Assembly: GCA_041690595.1 (NCBI GenBank)
Contig: JAWLHB010000002.1
Span: 186,001-250,000 of the forward strand
DNA length: 64,000 bases
Direction of reading: 5' to 3'
DNA from: Lentisphaeria bacterium
Lineage (GTDB): Bacteria > Verrucomicrobiota > Lentisphaeria > JABSQK01 > JAWLHB01
Shown here piece by piece: positions 8,925-18,946 of this stretch (position 1 is the first letter of the stretch; every line of letters begins with the position of its first letter). The notes under the pieces were generated by a model. The model saw nothing but the letters and a program-made list of their open reading frames with translations, did not search any database and was not told the DNA's origin. The translations under genes were made by a program, and so were the position numbers.

Positions 8925-10433
8925 ATGATCCCGGATACCTATCTGCAAGATGAACCGTTGCGTTTGTCGCCAGGACCGCAACTGCTGATCGACGACTATC
9001 TGGTGGAAGATCGGCTCGAAGTCGAGCGGGTCCTGCATCGCCCCGTCAAGCATGCCCACAATCCCATCCTGCAATGCGACAAGCCCTGGGAAGGGAGCGG
9101 CGCCACCCGCCCGCAGGTGATCTGGGATCCCGAGCGCAAGCTCTACCGCATGTGGTACCAATGCGCCAACCTCAACAACTACTACCTCGGCAAAGACTAC
9201 ATCTACTACATCGGCTATGCCGAGAGCGAAGATGGCTTCCGCTGGGAGAAACCCCACCTCCAGGATTTCCCCTTCCTTGGCTATCCCGCCACCAACATCG
9301 TCTATGCCGGCAACATGCCCGATGCAAAGGGGGCTTACCGCTTCAGCATCGGCCAGATCTTTCGCGATGAAGACGACCCCGATCCCCAACGCCGATACAA
9401 GATGATCGGACTCGATGGTCGGCCGCACCCCCGTCATCCCCGCGACGTCAACACCGAACCAAGCATCGTCTGCTCCCCCGATGGCCTTCACTGGAAACTC
9501 AGTGGCGACCGCTCCATCCTCGATCATCACAGCGACACCGCCAATCACCTGGTTTACGACCCGGAACGGAAACGCTGGCTCCTCTATTGCCGGCCGACCG
9601 TTCATGCGAGCGGCCTCGAGTACGACGACCTGCAGCGCCATCCCCGCCGCCGCGTCAGCGTCATGACCAGCCCCGATCTCGTCAACTGGAGCTACCCGCG
9701 CATCATTCTCCATGGCGATGAGCACGATCTGGTCGACATCGATCACTGTCGCGTCTTCCGCTACGGCAGCCACTTCCTGATGCTCTACGCCGCCATGGAC
9801 GGCGACTACATCGGCCGCTTCCACACCCGTCTGGCCTCGTCTTCCGACGGCATTCACTGGGAGCGCTTCCACACGCGTGAAGACTTCCTGCCGCAAGGGC
9901 TGGAAGGCAGTTGGGATGCAGGCATGATCGGCCCCAGTTGCCCACCGGTCCCTCAGGGGCACAAACTCCTCATCTACTACATCGGCGGCAACATCGGCCA
10001 AGGGGAAACCGCCACCGCACGCACCCTGCGTACCACCGGCAGCGGAGTCGCCACCATGGCAGCCGACCGTTTCGTTGCCCAGCGCGCCGGCGACCGCACC
10101 GGCTACCTGCTGACCCGCGAATTCATTCTTGAAGGGGATCAACTCCGCGTCAACATGCTCCCGCTTGGCCTCGCCTACCGCAAGGCCTCGCTGCGCGTCG
10201 AGGTCCTGCGGCATCCGCCTCTTGGCGAGCATGCCGACTACTGGTACAAGGAGCATGAGTACACCTACGCCTGGGATGGCTTCCGCCTCGCCGACTGCAT
10301 CCCAGTCGACGGCGATGCCACCACCATCCCCATACGCTGGAAGGAGCACACCCTCGCGGAGCTTAAGGGCCGCCCCGTCTATCTCCGCTTCGAGCTTCGC
10401 AACATGGACCTCTTCAGCTTCCGCATCGAGTAG
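8925..10433 (+). CDS. Beta-propeller glycoside-hydrolase-like protein (GH32/43/130-like clan)
   Basis: Repeated Asp-box-like motifs ESEDGFRWEK, CSPDGLHW, TSPDLVNW, SSSDGIHW; AGGAGG RBS. Confidence 0.7.
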   Translation: MIPDTYLQDEPLRLSPGPQLLIDDYLVEDRLEVERVLHRPVKHAHNPILQCDKPWEGSGATRPQVIWDPERKLYRMWYQCANLNNYYLGKDYIYYIGYAESEDGFRWEKPHLQDFPFLGYPATNIVYAGNMPDAKGAYRFSIGQIFRDEDDPDPQRRYKMIGLDGRPHPRHPRDVNTEPSIVCSPDGLHWKLSGDRSILDHHSDTANHLVYDPERKRWLLYCRPTVHASGLEYDDLQRHPRRRVSVMTSPDLVNWSYPRIILHGDEHDLVDIDHCRVFRYGSHFLMLYAAMDGDYIGRFHTRLASSSDGIHWERFHTREDFLPQGLEGSWDAGMIGPSCPPVPQGHKLLIYYIGGNIGQGETATARTLRTTGSGVATMAADRFVAQRAGDRTGYLLTREFILEGDQLRVNMLPLGLAYRKASLRVEVLRHPPLGEHADYWYKEHEYTYAWDGFRLADCIPVDGDATTIPIRWKEHTLAELKGRPVYLRFELRNMDLFSFRIE

Positions 10434-10575
10434 GTTGTGGCCTGAACGGCAAGGGGAATGCTTCCGCCAGAGATACAATAACCCTTGCCGTGTGTTAATC
10501 CTGAAGGATTTTGGCGACCTGCCCTTGAAGCAGGATCCAGCGTGCGTTACAGTATCTCCAGCAATGGAGGACGTG

Positions 10576-11682
10576 ATGGCGGTGAAGCAGGACGCACGTG
10601 CTACTCTTGAAGATATAGCAAACCGGGTCGGGGTCACGAAGATGACCGTATCGCGTGCCTTGCGCGGGGTCGGGCGCATCAGCGAGCCGACGCGGCGCCA
10701 CGTACGCAAGGTGGCGGAGGAGCTGGGATACCTGGCCACGAATCAGGGTGTTCTTGCGGCTCCGGCGCATCGCGGTGGCAGTGATCTTCGGCTGCAGCTT
10801 CTGGTGGCTCGTACCAGCCATGAGGAGAACGACCTGAGCAGGGAGTTGTTGCGCGGCATGCAGGATCGGCTCGCACTCACCGCCGGTCATATCGAGACGC
10901 TGGTTTGCACCTCACTGCCTGACTTGCTGGATGCCTGGGATGCATGCCGGGCGCATGCCCTCATCCTGCGCAATCAGTTGCCTGCCGCCTGGGTGGAGCA
11001 CCTGTTGCGGCGTGGGCCAGTGGTCTATGCCACCTCCAATGACGTCTATGCCGGCGTGGATGCCGTCTACTGTACGGAACTGCGCACGGCGACGCTGGTG
11101 GCTCGCCACCTTGCCGACCGCGATCATCGCGTCCTGAGCTGGTTTGGCTTTTTCGATACCCATACCGGAAATGAGCTTCTGGATGAAGATGAAGCGGATG
11201 ACGGCCGCATTGCCAGCATACACGGCCCACGGTATGCGGCCTGGAACTACGTTTCCCACTATGGATCGCGGCGCGATACCCATTCTCTGGTTCTTCTCGA
11301 ACGCGATTGGCGCTCCGATTCGCTGGCCGATGTGGTGCGTCGCGGCCTGGCGGCAATCCTGACTGCGCGGCCCCGGCCAACCGCGGTGGTTGTCCCCACG
11401 GATTGTGTCGGGGTGGCCATGATCGAACAGGCAAGGGAAGTCGGCCTGCGCGTGCCGGAAGACTTGAGCATTGTCGCCTACGGCGGCACGGATGCGGCGC
11501 ACGTGACGACGCCAGTACTGACCTGCGTCAAGCTACCGTTCTACACCATCGGACGGGCGATCCCCGAGCTGGTCGAGAGGCGCCTCGCCGATCCCCAAGC
11601 TACGCCGGTGACCCTGCAGTTTGAGGCAACTATTGAACCTGGCGCCTCGGTCGCCACCCTATCTGGAAGTACGACACAATGA
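10576..11682 (+). CDS. LacI family transcriptional regulator
   Basis: TLEDIANRVGVTKMTVSRAL HTH; GLRVPEDLSIV C-terminal motif; GGAGG RBS at 10566. Confidence 0.9.
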   Translation: MAVKQDARATLEDIANRVGVTKMTVSRALRGVGRISEPTRRHVRKVAEELGYLATNQGVLAAPAHRGGSDLRLQLLVARTSHEENDLSRELLRGMQDRLALTAGHIETLVCTSLPDLLDAWDACRAHALILRNQLPAAWVEHLLRRGPVVYATSNDVYAGVDAVYCTELRTATLVARHLADRDHRVLSWFGFFDTHTGNELLDEDEADDGRIASIHGPRYAAWNYVSHYGSRRDTHSLVLLERDWRSDSLADVVRRGLAAILTARPRPTAVVVPTDCVGVAMIEQAREVGLRVPEDLSIVAYGGTDAAHVTTPVLTCVKLPFYTIGRAIPELVERRLADPQATPVTLQFEATIEPGASVATLSGSTTQ

Positions 11683-14528
11683 CACACTGTCTTGCTGGAA
11701 TCCTCGCCATGCTGACTGCTCTTTCGTTCGCTCAGGCCGACGAAGCCGTTTACCGGCCATCACCCGCCATGGCACTCTACCTCGTCAAAGCCGATGCCGC
11801 CCCGGAACCGCTGGCGCTGCGTCTGTATCGGGGCAACCGGCCTCAGGGGGACCGCATCACTCTCCGCCTCTTCGATCCCGAGGAAAACCTTGTACTCCGC
11901 CAGCATCTGGAACCCGGACAGGAGTTCCTCCATACCCTGCCTGGATCTGGAGAGATTGAGGGTATTCCGCTGCCCGCCTTTGACGCACCGGCCAGACCGC
12001 ATGAGTCGATGGCAACGACCCGCGTGGTGCTTGACGCGCCCGGCATCTGGCAAGCTCGGGTAGTCGGCGGCGACCACAACACCGTCGTTCATGTGGATCT
12101 TGACGCAAGCGTGCGTCGTGGGGTATCCTTTCAGAATGGCCGCTTCACACCGTGGCGCAACGATCTTTCGCAAGCCTGGTTCTATATTCCCCGCAATGCC
12201 CGTCGGCTGACCCTGCGCGGAGTTGGCGTGGAAGCCTGGGACCATCTGGGCGAGCGCCGCTTTCCGCCGGAGGAATACGATCCCAAAGGCCCTTTCACGA
12301 TCGATCTTGAAGCTACCGACGTCGTCTGGACACTGCGGTTTGCCGATCCGGCAACATGGCATTTCGTCGCCTCGGGCATCCCACTCATCCTGACGGAAGA
12401 TGAAGCGACGGCCCGCGCCATCGGCGGCTCGGTGGAGGTTCTCGACGATGGAACTGTCGTGGCCCACCGCTTTCAACGCCGCCTGGCAGAGCTACTGCCG
12501 CGTCTGCTGGAGCCAGCCAATGTGGGAGATACGGAAGAGCTTATCGCCCTCTTCGATTCGGAGCCGGAGCAATGGCTGGAAGGCAACCCGCTGCGAAACC
12601 AGCTGTTGCGGCAGCCCTACGGTTTCTTTCCACACCTCCTTTTCGCGCTTCGCGAGCAGCTGCTCGATCCGGAGAGCCACTGGGCGGGCACGATTGGCAA
12701 GGCGGTTTGGGCCGAGAGCCTGGCAGCCACGACGCCGGAGGACCGATGGGACTCCTTTCTGGGGGTACATCATGGGCAGGGCCGCAGTGGCACCTCGAGC
12801 AGTGCCTATGCGAAATACCTTGCCGACGCCTATACGCTGGACGCGCCATTCAATCCCTACCGTGGACGCCGGGAAGTCCTGTATCGAGCCGCCGCGGCGG
12901 CGTTTCGCGACTTGATGCTGCTTAACGAAAGCGAGATTTTTCCCGGAGCCGGCTCCGATCTCGACACCTATCCGGGCATGCCGGGTTTCGTCTATGGTGG
13001 GAGGCATTTCCCGGAGTTCGCCAAGGCCGCGCCTCATCTGCCGGAGGAGATTCGCGAGGCCTGGGCAGCGGGACTCCGCCGCATCGTCGACCGCCACTGG
13101 CCAGACGGCCTGGTAAGCTGTCGCAATCAGAGTTCCCATTTTCTGGTGGCGTGGCAGAACTTCGCGCTGGGCACCGGAGAGGCTGCCGATGCGGATCTGG
13201 CGCGCCGATTCGCGGCCCGCTTCGCACGCACCGCCATGCCCGCGGGCTACCATCGTGAGGCCGGCGGTCCCTGCGGTACATATCCCGGCATTCAACACTT
13301 CTACATGGCCGAGTATTATCGGCTCTCCGGCGACGCGGAGATGCTGGAATCGATCCGCCGCTCGTACAGATTCTACAATCATACCGTCGCACCCGAGCCG
13401 GACGGCAGAGTATTTGGCGGTTACAACTATACCCATCGTACGCCGCGCGGCTTCCATCAGGAACAATATGGAGGGGCCAGAAGGATCCTTGCGGATATCC
13501 TTCCGGAAGTCGGGTTGTGGGCACCGGAGCCTCCCAGCGAAGCAGAACAAGCCAAGAGCGCAGAAGCCCTTCAGGCCAGTGTCGGCAGGCCCTTTCCAGA
13601 GAAGCATCATTGCCTGGAATTGAACCTGAATGCCTGGCGCTACTGGACGGAGACGCCGAACCGAAGCGGCGTCTGGCCGGCCCGCGAGAAGGCCTCGTTC
13701 GTTCGTGATTTCGGTGGTGAGCTGATTGCCGTCAAGCGGCCGGGCTGGTATGCCGCCTTTTATGTCGGCAAACCCGCGGGGAGCCCCTTCTATCTCTATG
13801 GCGCGCATGGCGGCACCCGCCCGTTGCCCGATCATGCGGAAGATGCCGGCGGCGACATGTGGGCAACCTACACGACCAAGGGGACCGCGCGAGCTTTCAA
13901 CAATGGTGGCCTTACCCTCTTCTGGACTCCCGACTACGGCAACGCCATGCTGGCCGGCAAGACGGCGTTGACGCGCCATGGCCTCGTGGCTTTTGCCGAT
14001 GACAACACCCGCCATGCCGAAGATTATTTCCGAGTGGCCTATCAGCTTGACGAATCCGCCGGCACGCTCCGCTGCACCGGCCAGATGGAGAACCTGCCTC
14101 TTGCCTACGAACGCCTCTATACCTTTCACGACGATCACCTCCAGGTCGATCTGAAACTCACCGCCTCCGGCGACGTCACGTATCGCCGCCTGGTGGAAAA
14201 TCTCCCAGTCGCTGGGGGAAGCTGCAAGAGCGCCGGTGTCACGATTGCCGTCGACGGGGACGAATCGGCGGTGCAGCCGGAGGGAGTCGACGAGGCGCTT
14301 GGGGCACGCATCGAGCTGGCCACGGCGGCCACCGCCAGCGCTTCGCTTACCGATGACGATGGGCGTGGCCTGGATATCATCTTCGATAAGGCGCGCCCGA
14401 TTCGGCTTTGCCGAAGCGGCTTGGTCAACGGCGACATTCAGCACAATCGGCTCGAAATCGAGCTGCCCGCGACGCTGGCAGCTGGCGACACACTCACCTT
14501 GTCCTATCAACTCATCCCCAGGAGGTAA
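11679..14528 (+). CDS. Large secreted hypothetical protein (possible carbohydrate-active enzyme, helical core plus beta C-terminus)
   Basis: 949-aa ORF; signal peptide (…ALSFAQA); ATGA coupling to the LacI gene; no recognised catalytic signature. Confidence 0.7.
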   Translation: MTHCLAGILAMLTALSFAQADEAVYRPSPAMALYLVKADAAPEPLALRLYRGNRPQGDRITLRLFDPEENLVLRQHLEPGQEFLHTLPGSGEIEGIPLPAFDAPARPHESMATTRVVLDAPGIWQARVVGGDHNTVVHVDLDASVRRGVSFQNGRFTPWRNDLSQAWFYIPRNARRLTLRGVGVEAWDHLGERRFPPEEYDPKGPFTIDLEATDVVWTLRFADPATWHFVASGIPLILTEDEATARAIGGSVEVLDDGTVVAHRFQRRLAELLPRLLEPANVGDTEELIALFDSEPEQWLEGNPLRNQLLRQPYGFFPHLLFALREQLLDPESHWAGTIGKAVWAESLAATTPEDRWDSFLGVHHGQGRSGTSSSAYAKYLADAYTLDAPFNPYRGRREVLYRAAAAAFRDLMLLNESEIFPGAGSDLDTYPGMPGFVYGGRHFPEFAKAAPHLPEEIREAWAAGLRRIVDRHWPDGLVSCRNQSSHFLVAWQNFALGTGEAADADLARRFAARFARTAMPAGYHREAGGPCGTYPGIQHFYMAEYYRLSGDAEMLESIRRSYRFYNHTVAPEPDGRVFGGYNYTHRTPRGFHQEQYGGARRILADILPEVGLWAPEPPSEAEQAKSAEALQASVGRPFPEKHHCLELNLNAWRYWTETPNRSGVWPAREKASFVRDFGGELIAVKRPGWYAAFYVGKPAGSPFYLYGAHGGTRPLPDHAEDAGGDMWATYTTKGTARAFNNGGLTLFWTPDYGNAMLAGKTALTRHGLVAFADDNTRHAEDYFRVAYQLDESAGTLRCTGQMENLPLAYERLYTFHDDHLQVDLKLTASGDVTYRRLVENLPVAGGSCKSAGVTIAVDGDESAVQPEGVDEALGARIELATAATASASLTDDDGRGLDIIFDKARPIRLCRSGLVNGDIQHNRLEIELPATLAAGDTLTLSYQLIPRR

Positions 14529-14534
14529 CCCGCC

Positions 14535-15236
14535 ATGAACAAGAGCAAGCAGATGATTCGGTTCACCCTGATTGAGCTTCTGGTCGTCGTGGCGATTATC
14601 GCGATTCTGGCATCGCTGCTACTGCCGGCCCTGACGCGCGCGCGCAGCATGGCCAAGGGAGCTTCCTGCCTCAACAACCTGAAGCAGATCGGCATGGCGG
14701 AGATGATGTACGAGAGCGAGCAAGACGCGATGGCCTACAACGGCACGATCCTTGACTGGCCCGGACAGAACTCTCCACATCTCTGGGCGTATCCTGTCTT
14801 CTTTCCCTATATGGGTCTTCCGGCCAACGGTGCCGGCAAGATCAAGAGCGCCTATTACTGCCCGGGAACTATCGGCGAATGGCGCACCAACGGCGTACGG
14901 TCCACGTCGTACGGACGAAATGCCCGCCAATGGACGTACAACAACAACGCCAATGGCGCCACCTCGAACTATATGTTTGCCATCCGTTCGAGCCGGGTTG
15001 CCAATACTGACCAGATCATCCTGCACTTCGAGAGCCATGCCGCCGGTTGGACGACCGGTCCGCCGACGACATACAATGCTGCCACTTACGCCGATTGGCA
15101 GCGCGGCTGGCACGATCCCAACCGCATCAACACCCTCTACTGGGACGGACATGCGGCACAGCATGTTTTTCCCATTCCTGCACCCTACTTCGGGGCAGCC
15201 AAGAAAGCACCCTGGGGGAACGACCTGTTCAACTGA
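14535..15236 (+). CDS. Prepilin-type N-terminal cleavage/methylation protein with C-terminal H-X9-DG-like motif
   Basis: [40 protein letters not shown]…[10 protein letters not shown]. Confidence 0.9.
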   Translation: MNKSKQMIRFTLIELLVVVAIIAILASLLLPALTRARSMAKGASCLNNLKQIGMAEMMYESEQDAMAYNGTILDWPGQNSPHLWAYPVFFPYMGLPANGAGKIKSAYYCPGTIGEWRTNGVRSTSYGRNARQWTYNNNANGATSNYMFAIRSSRVANTDQIILHFESHAAGWTTGPPTTYNAATYADWQRGWHDPNRINTLYWDGHAAQHVFPIPAPYFGAAKKAPWGNDLFN

Positions 15237-15266
15237 AGCCGGGGTGGCGCTCTCCGCATTCCCCGC

Positions 15267-15956
15267 TCAGAAATCCGCGCGCCAGTAGCGTTCTGGCACA
15301 ACGTAGTGGCCCGTGGGATTCAGTTCGTTCTTCCACCATCCGACATGGCCGTCCATGTAGACGCTGTTGACCCCGCCACGGTGGCGATAGCCAATGCTGT
15401 TCCCGTTGATGTAGTAGGGATGGAAACCGGTGCAGGCGGCGACTTGGGCATTAGCCTCGGAACCAGTGTCCATGATGTAAAGCTTGTCGGAGGGATTCCT
15501 CGCGGCGCCCCAGCGCGTCGCCCCTCGCCAACTGGTCCAGATCTCCGGAAAGTCGCGCACCTTGTTGTCCCAGTACAGCCAGAGCGCCAGGCCGTTCATG
15601 AAGTAGTTGGAGCCATGGTACCAGGTGGTCCAGCCGTACCGGTCAAAGTAATCGGGTGTCACCCGTTCCGAAGGGCAGAGGAAGACTTTGGTGTCATTGA
15701 TGTATTCCGCCCGCATGCGTTCGCGCCAGTCCCACAGGTAACTGCCGCCAATGCGGGCGGCGGTGGGAGGCGTGGCATCGTCATGATCGCTGCCGTAGAG
15801 CTGTCCGGCCGTGCCCAGTTGCCGCAGGTTGGACATGCAGTTGATCTCACGGGCGCGATCCCTTGCCTTGCTCAAGGCTGGCAACAGCATGCTCGCCAGA
15901 ACCGCAATCACAGCCACCACGACAAGAAGCTCGATCAGAGTGAAACGCTTGATCAT
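15267..15956 (-). CDS. Prepilin-type N-terminal cleavage/methylation protein with H-X9-DG motif
   Basis: [57 protein letters not shown]. Confidence 0.9.
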   Translation of the reverse strand: MIKRFTLIELLVVVAVIAVLASMLLPALSKARDRAREINCMSNLRQLGTAGQLYGSDHDDATPPTAARIGGSYLWDWRERMRAEYINDTKVFLCPSERVTPDYFDRYGWTTWYHGSNYFMNGLALWLYWDNKVRDFPEIWTSWRGATRWGAARNPSDKLYIMDTGSEANAQVAACTGFHPYYINGNSIGYRHRGGVNSVYMDGHVGWWKNELNPTGHYVVPERYWRADF

Positions 15957-16141
15957 GAAAGAGAAGTGGGACCGATGGCTGAGGATCACTATACTGACTC
16001 CCGCAGGCAGATTATTGGGTTCACATAAAAAGGCATCATCCTGCGCAAGACGCTTGATCCGCGCTGTTCCTTACGCCATAATAGCCTGAACAACCCTGAA
16101 TTCAAGCCGCACAGCCATACACATAATCATACTTCTTCGCT

Positions 16142-16753
16142 TCAGCTGTTGCGGCGGCAGGAGCGGGCGAGATCGACGATGGTACGGCGACGGGCGTCGG
16201 GGGACTCTTCGTTGGCGGGCTCAGACGGATAGGCCACCGCCAGATCGCCGGCAAAGTTCTCCAGGCAGTGGCGACGCTCGGCGCCGAAGGCGGCGTCGGC
16301 CTTCAGGAAGTCGAGGCGAAGCTGCTCCTGCCGGGCCTGAGGCAGCGCCTTCTGGGCCAGAGGATAAAGGACGCGATCTTCTTTGTGGATGTGGTCGGCA
16401 TAGGTCGACGCCACGGCGCGGAGCAGCCCGGACAGTTCCGCGCCGTGGGATCCGGCTCGCAGCCGCGCGACCAGCTTGCGCGCCTCTTCATGTTCATGAC
16501 GCATCACGCCGAGGGGACAACCGTCACGCGGAAAACCTTCCGCTTCCAACGCAGGAAAGAGCAGCTCCTCTTCCTTGTTGTGATGGCAGCAGTCGGCATA
16601 ATCCTGCATGAAATGGGCAATGCGCCGTGGCAGATACACGTCGATCGGATCCCCGGCGTCGAGGGTCCGGGCCAGAGATTCGCAGGCCCCGGCGACGGCT
16701 TCAATGTGGCGATGCTCGCGCATGAGCACCTCGATCAGGCTTTCTTCAACCAT
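16142..16753 (-). CDS. Hemerythrin (HHE) domain protein
   Basis: LMREHRHI, HHNKEEELLFP, MRHEHEEAR, HIHKEDRVLYP motifs. Confidence 0.9.
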   Translation of the reverse strand: MVEESLIEVLMREHRHIEAVAGACESLARTLDAGDPIDVYLPRRIAHFMQDYADCCHHNKEEELLFPALEAEGFPRDGCPLGVMRHEHEEARKLVARLRAGSHGAELSGLLRAVASTYADHIHKEDRVLYPLAQKALPQARQEQLRLDFLKADAAFGAERRHCLENFAGDLAVAYPSEPANEESPDARRRTIVDLARSCRRNS

Positions 16754-17309
16754 TGGGGCTCCTCCGCTCAGGTGTGTGCAGACGAAAAGGAGAGGGGCGG
16801 GCTTCGCAGAAGTCGATGCAAAGGCCGCAGCCCACGCAGCGCTCTGAATTGAGTTCGGGGGTGCGACCTCCGCTCAGGGTGATGGCGCCCACGCCCGGTG
16901 GGCACGCGTAGGCGCAGTCGCTGCAGAGGGTCCCCTCGCGGGTCAGGCAGAAATCCAGGTCGAGGCTCACGCGCGCCAACGGCGACGGCGGGGCGGCTGT
17001 TGGTAAGAGAGCGCCCGACGGGCATGCCTGAGCGCAGGGAAAGTCGTCGCACCAGTGGCAGGGATTCTGGGCTGGCTGCATGGCGGGGGTTCCTTCTTCC
17101 GTCCCCGCTGCCGGCCCCAACGCCCGAATCGCCTGGTGCGGGCAGGAGTCGATGCAGGCGCTGCAACGCCGACAGGCCGCCACGAAGGCCTCCTCATCCG
17201 CCAGCGCGCAGGGAGGTCGGATTCGCGCCGACGGCGCCTTCACAGGGGCGGCCTCGAGCAAGCCCAGCGGGCCGAGACGCAGAAACTGTCGTCGAGAAAG
17301 AGCCGTCAT
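16746..17309 (-). CDS. NapF/MauM-like 4Fe-4S ferredoxin
   Basis: C-terminal part of ORF 16746..18872: MTALSRRQFL, IRPP, CRRCSACIDSCP, CHWCDDFPCAQACP, CSDCAYACP, CVGCGLCIDFC. Confidence 0.85.
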   Translation of the reverse strand: MTALSRRQFLRLGPLGLLEAAPVKAPSARIRPPCALADEEAFVAACRRCSACIDSCPHQAIRALGPAAGTEEGTPAMQPAQNPCHWCDDFPCAQACPSGALLPTAAPPSPLARVSLDLDFCLTREGTLCSDCAYACPPGVGAITLSGGRTPELNSERCVGCGLCIDFCEARPSPFRLHTPERRSPNG

Positions 17310-17317
17310 TCTTGACC

Positions 17318-18946
17318 TCACATACCGGTACGCATTTCCATCGGCTGGGCAATCAGCCAGACACTGAAACAGGAATAGAGTATCATGGTCACAAGCAGCG
17401 GTATCAGGCTGCGCCGCGCATCGCCCTGATTCTTGAAGAGGGTGTGCGCCACCCTTGCCGAAACCAATACTCCATAGACATGGCCGATGACGATAAAGGC
17501 AATCTGCAGGCACCAGATCGTCCTGAGGCTGAGCAGCGGTGCATAACCGCGACGGGCCGTACCGAAGAGGTTCCAGCCAAGCCCGAAGGGGTCGCTCAGC
17601 ACGGGCAGCAGGAATTGTCCTTCCATGAAGAAGTGCATGCCGTTGTGGGCAAGATGATAAAAGAGAGCGACCGGAATCACCGCATAAGCGAAGGCGGTGA
17701 AGATCCTGCCGGTGCTGACGCCGGCGCCGGGGGTGAGACCGCGCGCCGCTGCCGCGGTCATCCAGAAGAGGAGGATGGGCGCGGCGGTCATGGCCGTCAT
17801 CAGGAGGGTAAAGATCAGCTTCGGGCCCAACCCGAGATTGACGCGCATGAGGTCGCTGAGGCGCCACCAGATCGGCGTCATGGTGAGCCCGTGAAAGCTG
17901 GTCAAGGCCAGCATGACGATGGCCAGGATCGCCTCGTCCTTCTGGAAGCGTACTTTGTGGAAAAGATCGGCGCCGGGCGGTCGCAGGTTGATGGCGAGAT
18001 TGTCGCTGGGGCAGGCACGGACGCATTCCGTGCACAGGGTGCAGTACGTGTTCTCCTCCAGCTTGCCGGGATAGAGGCCGGTCGGGCACCCCACCGCCAG
18101 CTCGTTTCCCCGTACACAACTCTTTTCCGTGCAGGAGCCGCAGACATCCTGGGAGCGCGCGCGCAGTTCCAGTGGGCTGAAGAGGGCATAGAGGCCACTG
18201 ATCCGCCCGACCAGGCAGGCATGGCGGCAGAAGCCGCGCCGCTCGAAGATCACCGCCGCGCCAACCGCCAACGCCATCATGATCAGCGCCATCACCGCCG
18301 TCATCGCCGGCGATTTGGTCACGCCGTAGCCCAGCTCGAACCAGGTGAGCAGGATGAAGAGGATGAGCGCCGGGTAGACGTTGCGGGCAATTTTCGGCCA
18401 GGGCAGTTCGAAGCCCAGCTTCTTCCGGCGCGTGCGCAGCGAGCCTGCCGTCAGTAGCGAAGCCAACCCTTCCCAGGGGCAGATCGTGCAGAAGGCCTTG
18501 CCCAATCCGAGGATGAGGAAGATCAGCAGCGCCCACCACCAGGTCCACGTCAGGACCGTGGCGATATTGAGCCGCTGACTGCCGAAGAGGCCGGCGGAGA
18601 CAATCAGCAGCAGCGCCAGGATGGAGAGGCTCTGGGCGATCAGGGGAAAGGCCGGCCGCTTGATCAGCCCGGCAAGACGCGGTGAGCGCAGCAGGTCCAG
18701 GCGCCACGCGCGCCGTGCGGTGGCCGGACGTGGCGCGGTGAAGAGGTGGGATATGGCGATGATCGCCACCACCCCGACGATCGCCATCCAGATCGGAATT
18801 CCTTCCATGGTATGGGAGCTGACGGTCGTGCCGTCGCCCATATCGATGACCGTGGCATGCGAGCCTTCGCACATGCCGTTGGAACCTTCCATGCCGTAGG
18901 AGCCTTCCTGCATGGCGGGGGGATCCGCGATTTGATCAGCTGGCAT
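17318..18946 (-). CDS. Polytopic membrane protein with 4Fe-4S motifs (polyferredoxin, NapH/FtrD-like)
   Basis: FCTICPW, FCRHACLVG, CTLCTECVRACP motifs; about 10 hydrophobic helices; Met/His-rich N-terminus. Confidence 0.8.
   Translation of the reverse strand: MPADQIADPPAMQEGSYGMEGSNGMCEGSHATVIDMGDGTTVSSHTMEGIPIWMAIVGVVAIIAISHLFTAPRPATARRAWRLDLLRSPRLAGLIKRPAFPLIAQSLSILALLLIVSAGLFGSQRLNIATVLTWTWWWALLIFLILGLGKAFCTICPWEGLASLLTAGSLRTRRKKLGFELPWPKIARNVYPALILFILLTWFELGYGVTKSPAMTAVMALIMMALAVGAAVIFERRGFCRHACLVGRISGLYALFSPLELRARSQDVCGSCTEKSCVRGNELAVGCPTGLYPGKLEENTYCTLCTECVRACPSDNLAINLRPPGADLFHKVRFQKDEAILAIVMLALTSFHGLTMTPIWWRLSDLMRVNLGLGPKLIFTLLMTAMTAAPILLFWMTAAAARGLTPGAGVSTGRIFTAFAYAVIPVALFYHLAHNGMHFFMEGQFLLPVLSDPFGLGWNLFGTARRGYAPLLSLRTIWCLQIAFIVIGHVYGVLVSARVAHTLFKNQGDARRSLIPLLVTMILYSCFSVWLIAQPMEMRTGM

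Noticed and set aside
12492..14510. Long antisense ORFs (this one, and also 5529..7109, 8892..10739, 21172..23142, 37403..39364, 58324..60156)
   Set aside because: Each lies opposite a better-supported gene and has low-information composition.
16746..18872. 708-aa ORF as one protein
   Set aside because: Only the last 187 codons (from ATG 17309) look like a ferredoxin; the rest overlaps the real 17318..18946 gene in another frame.
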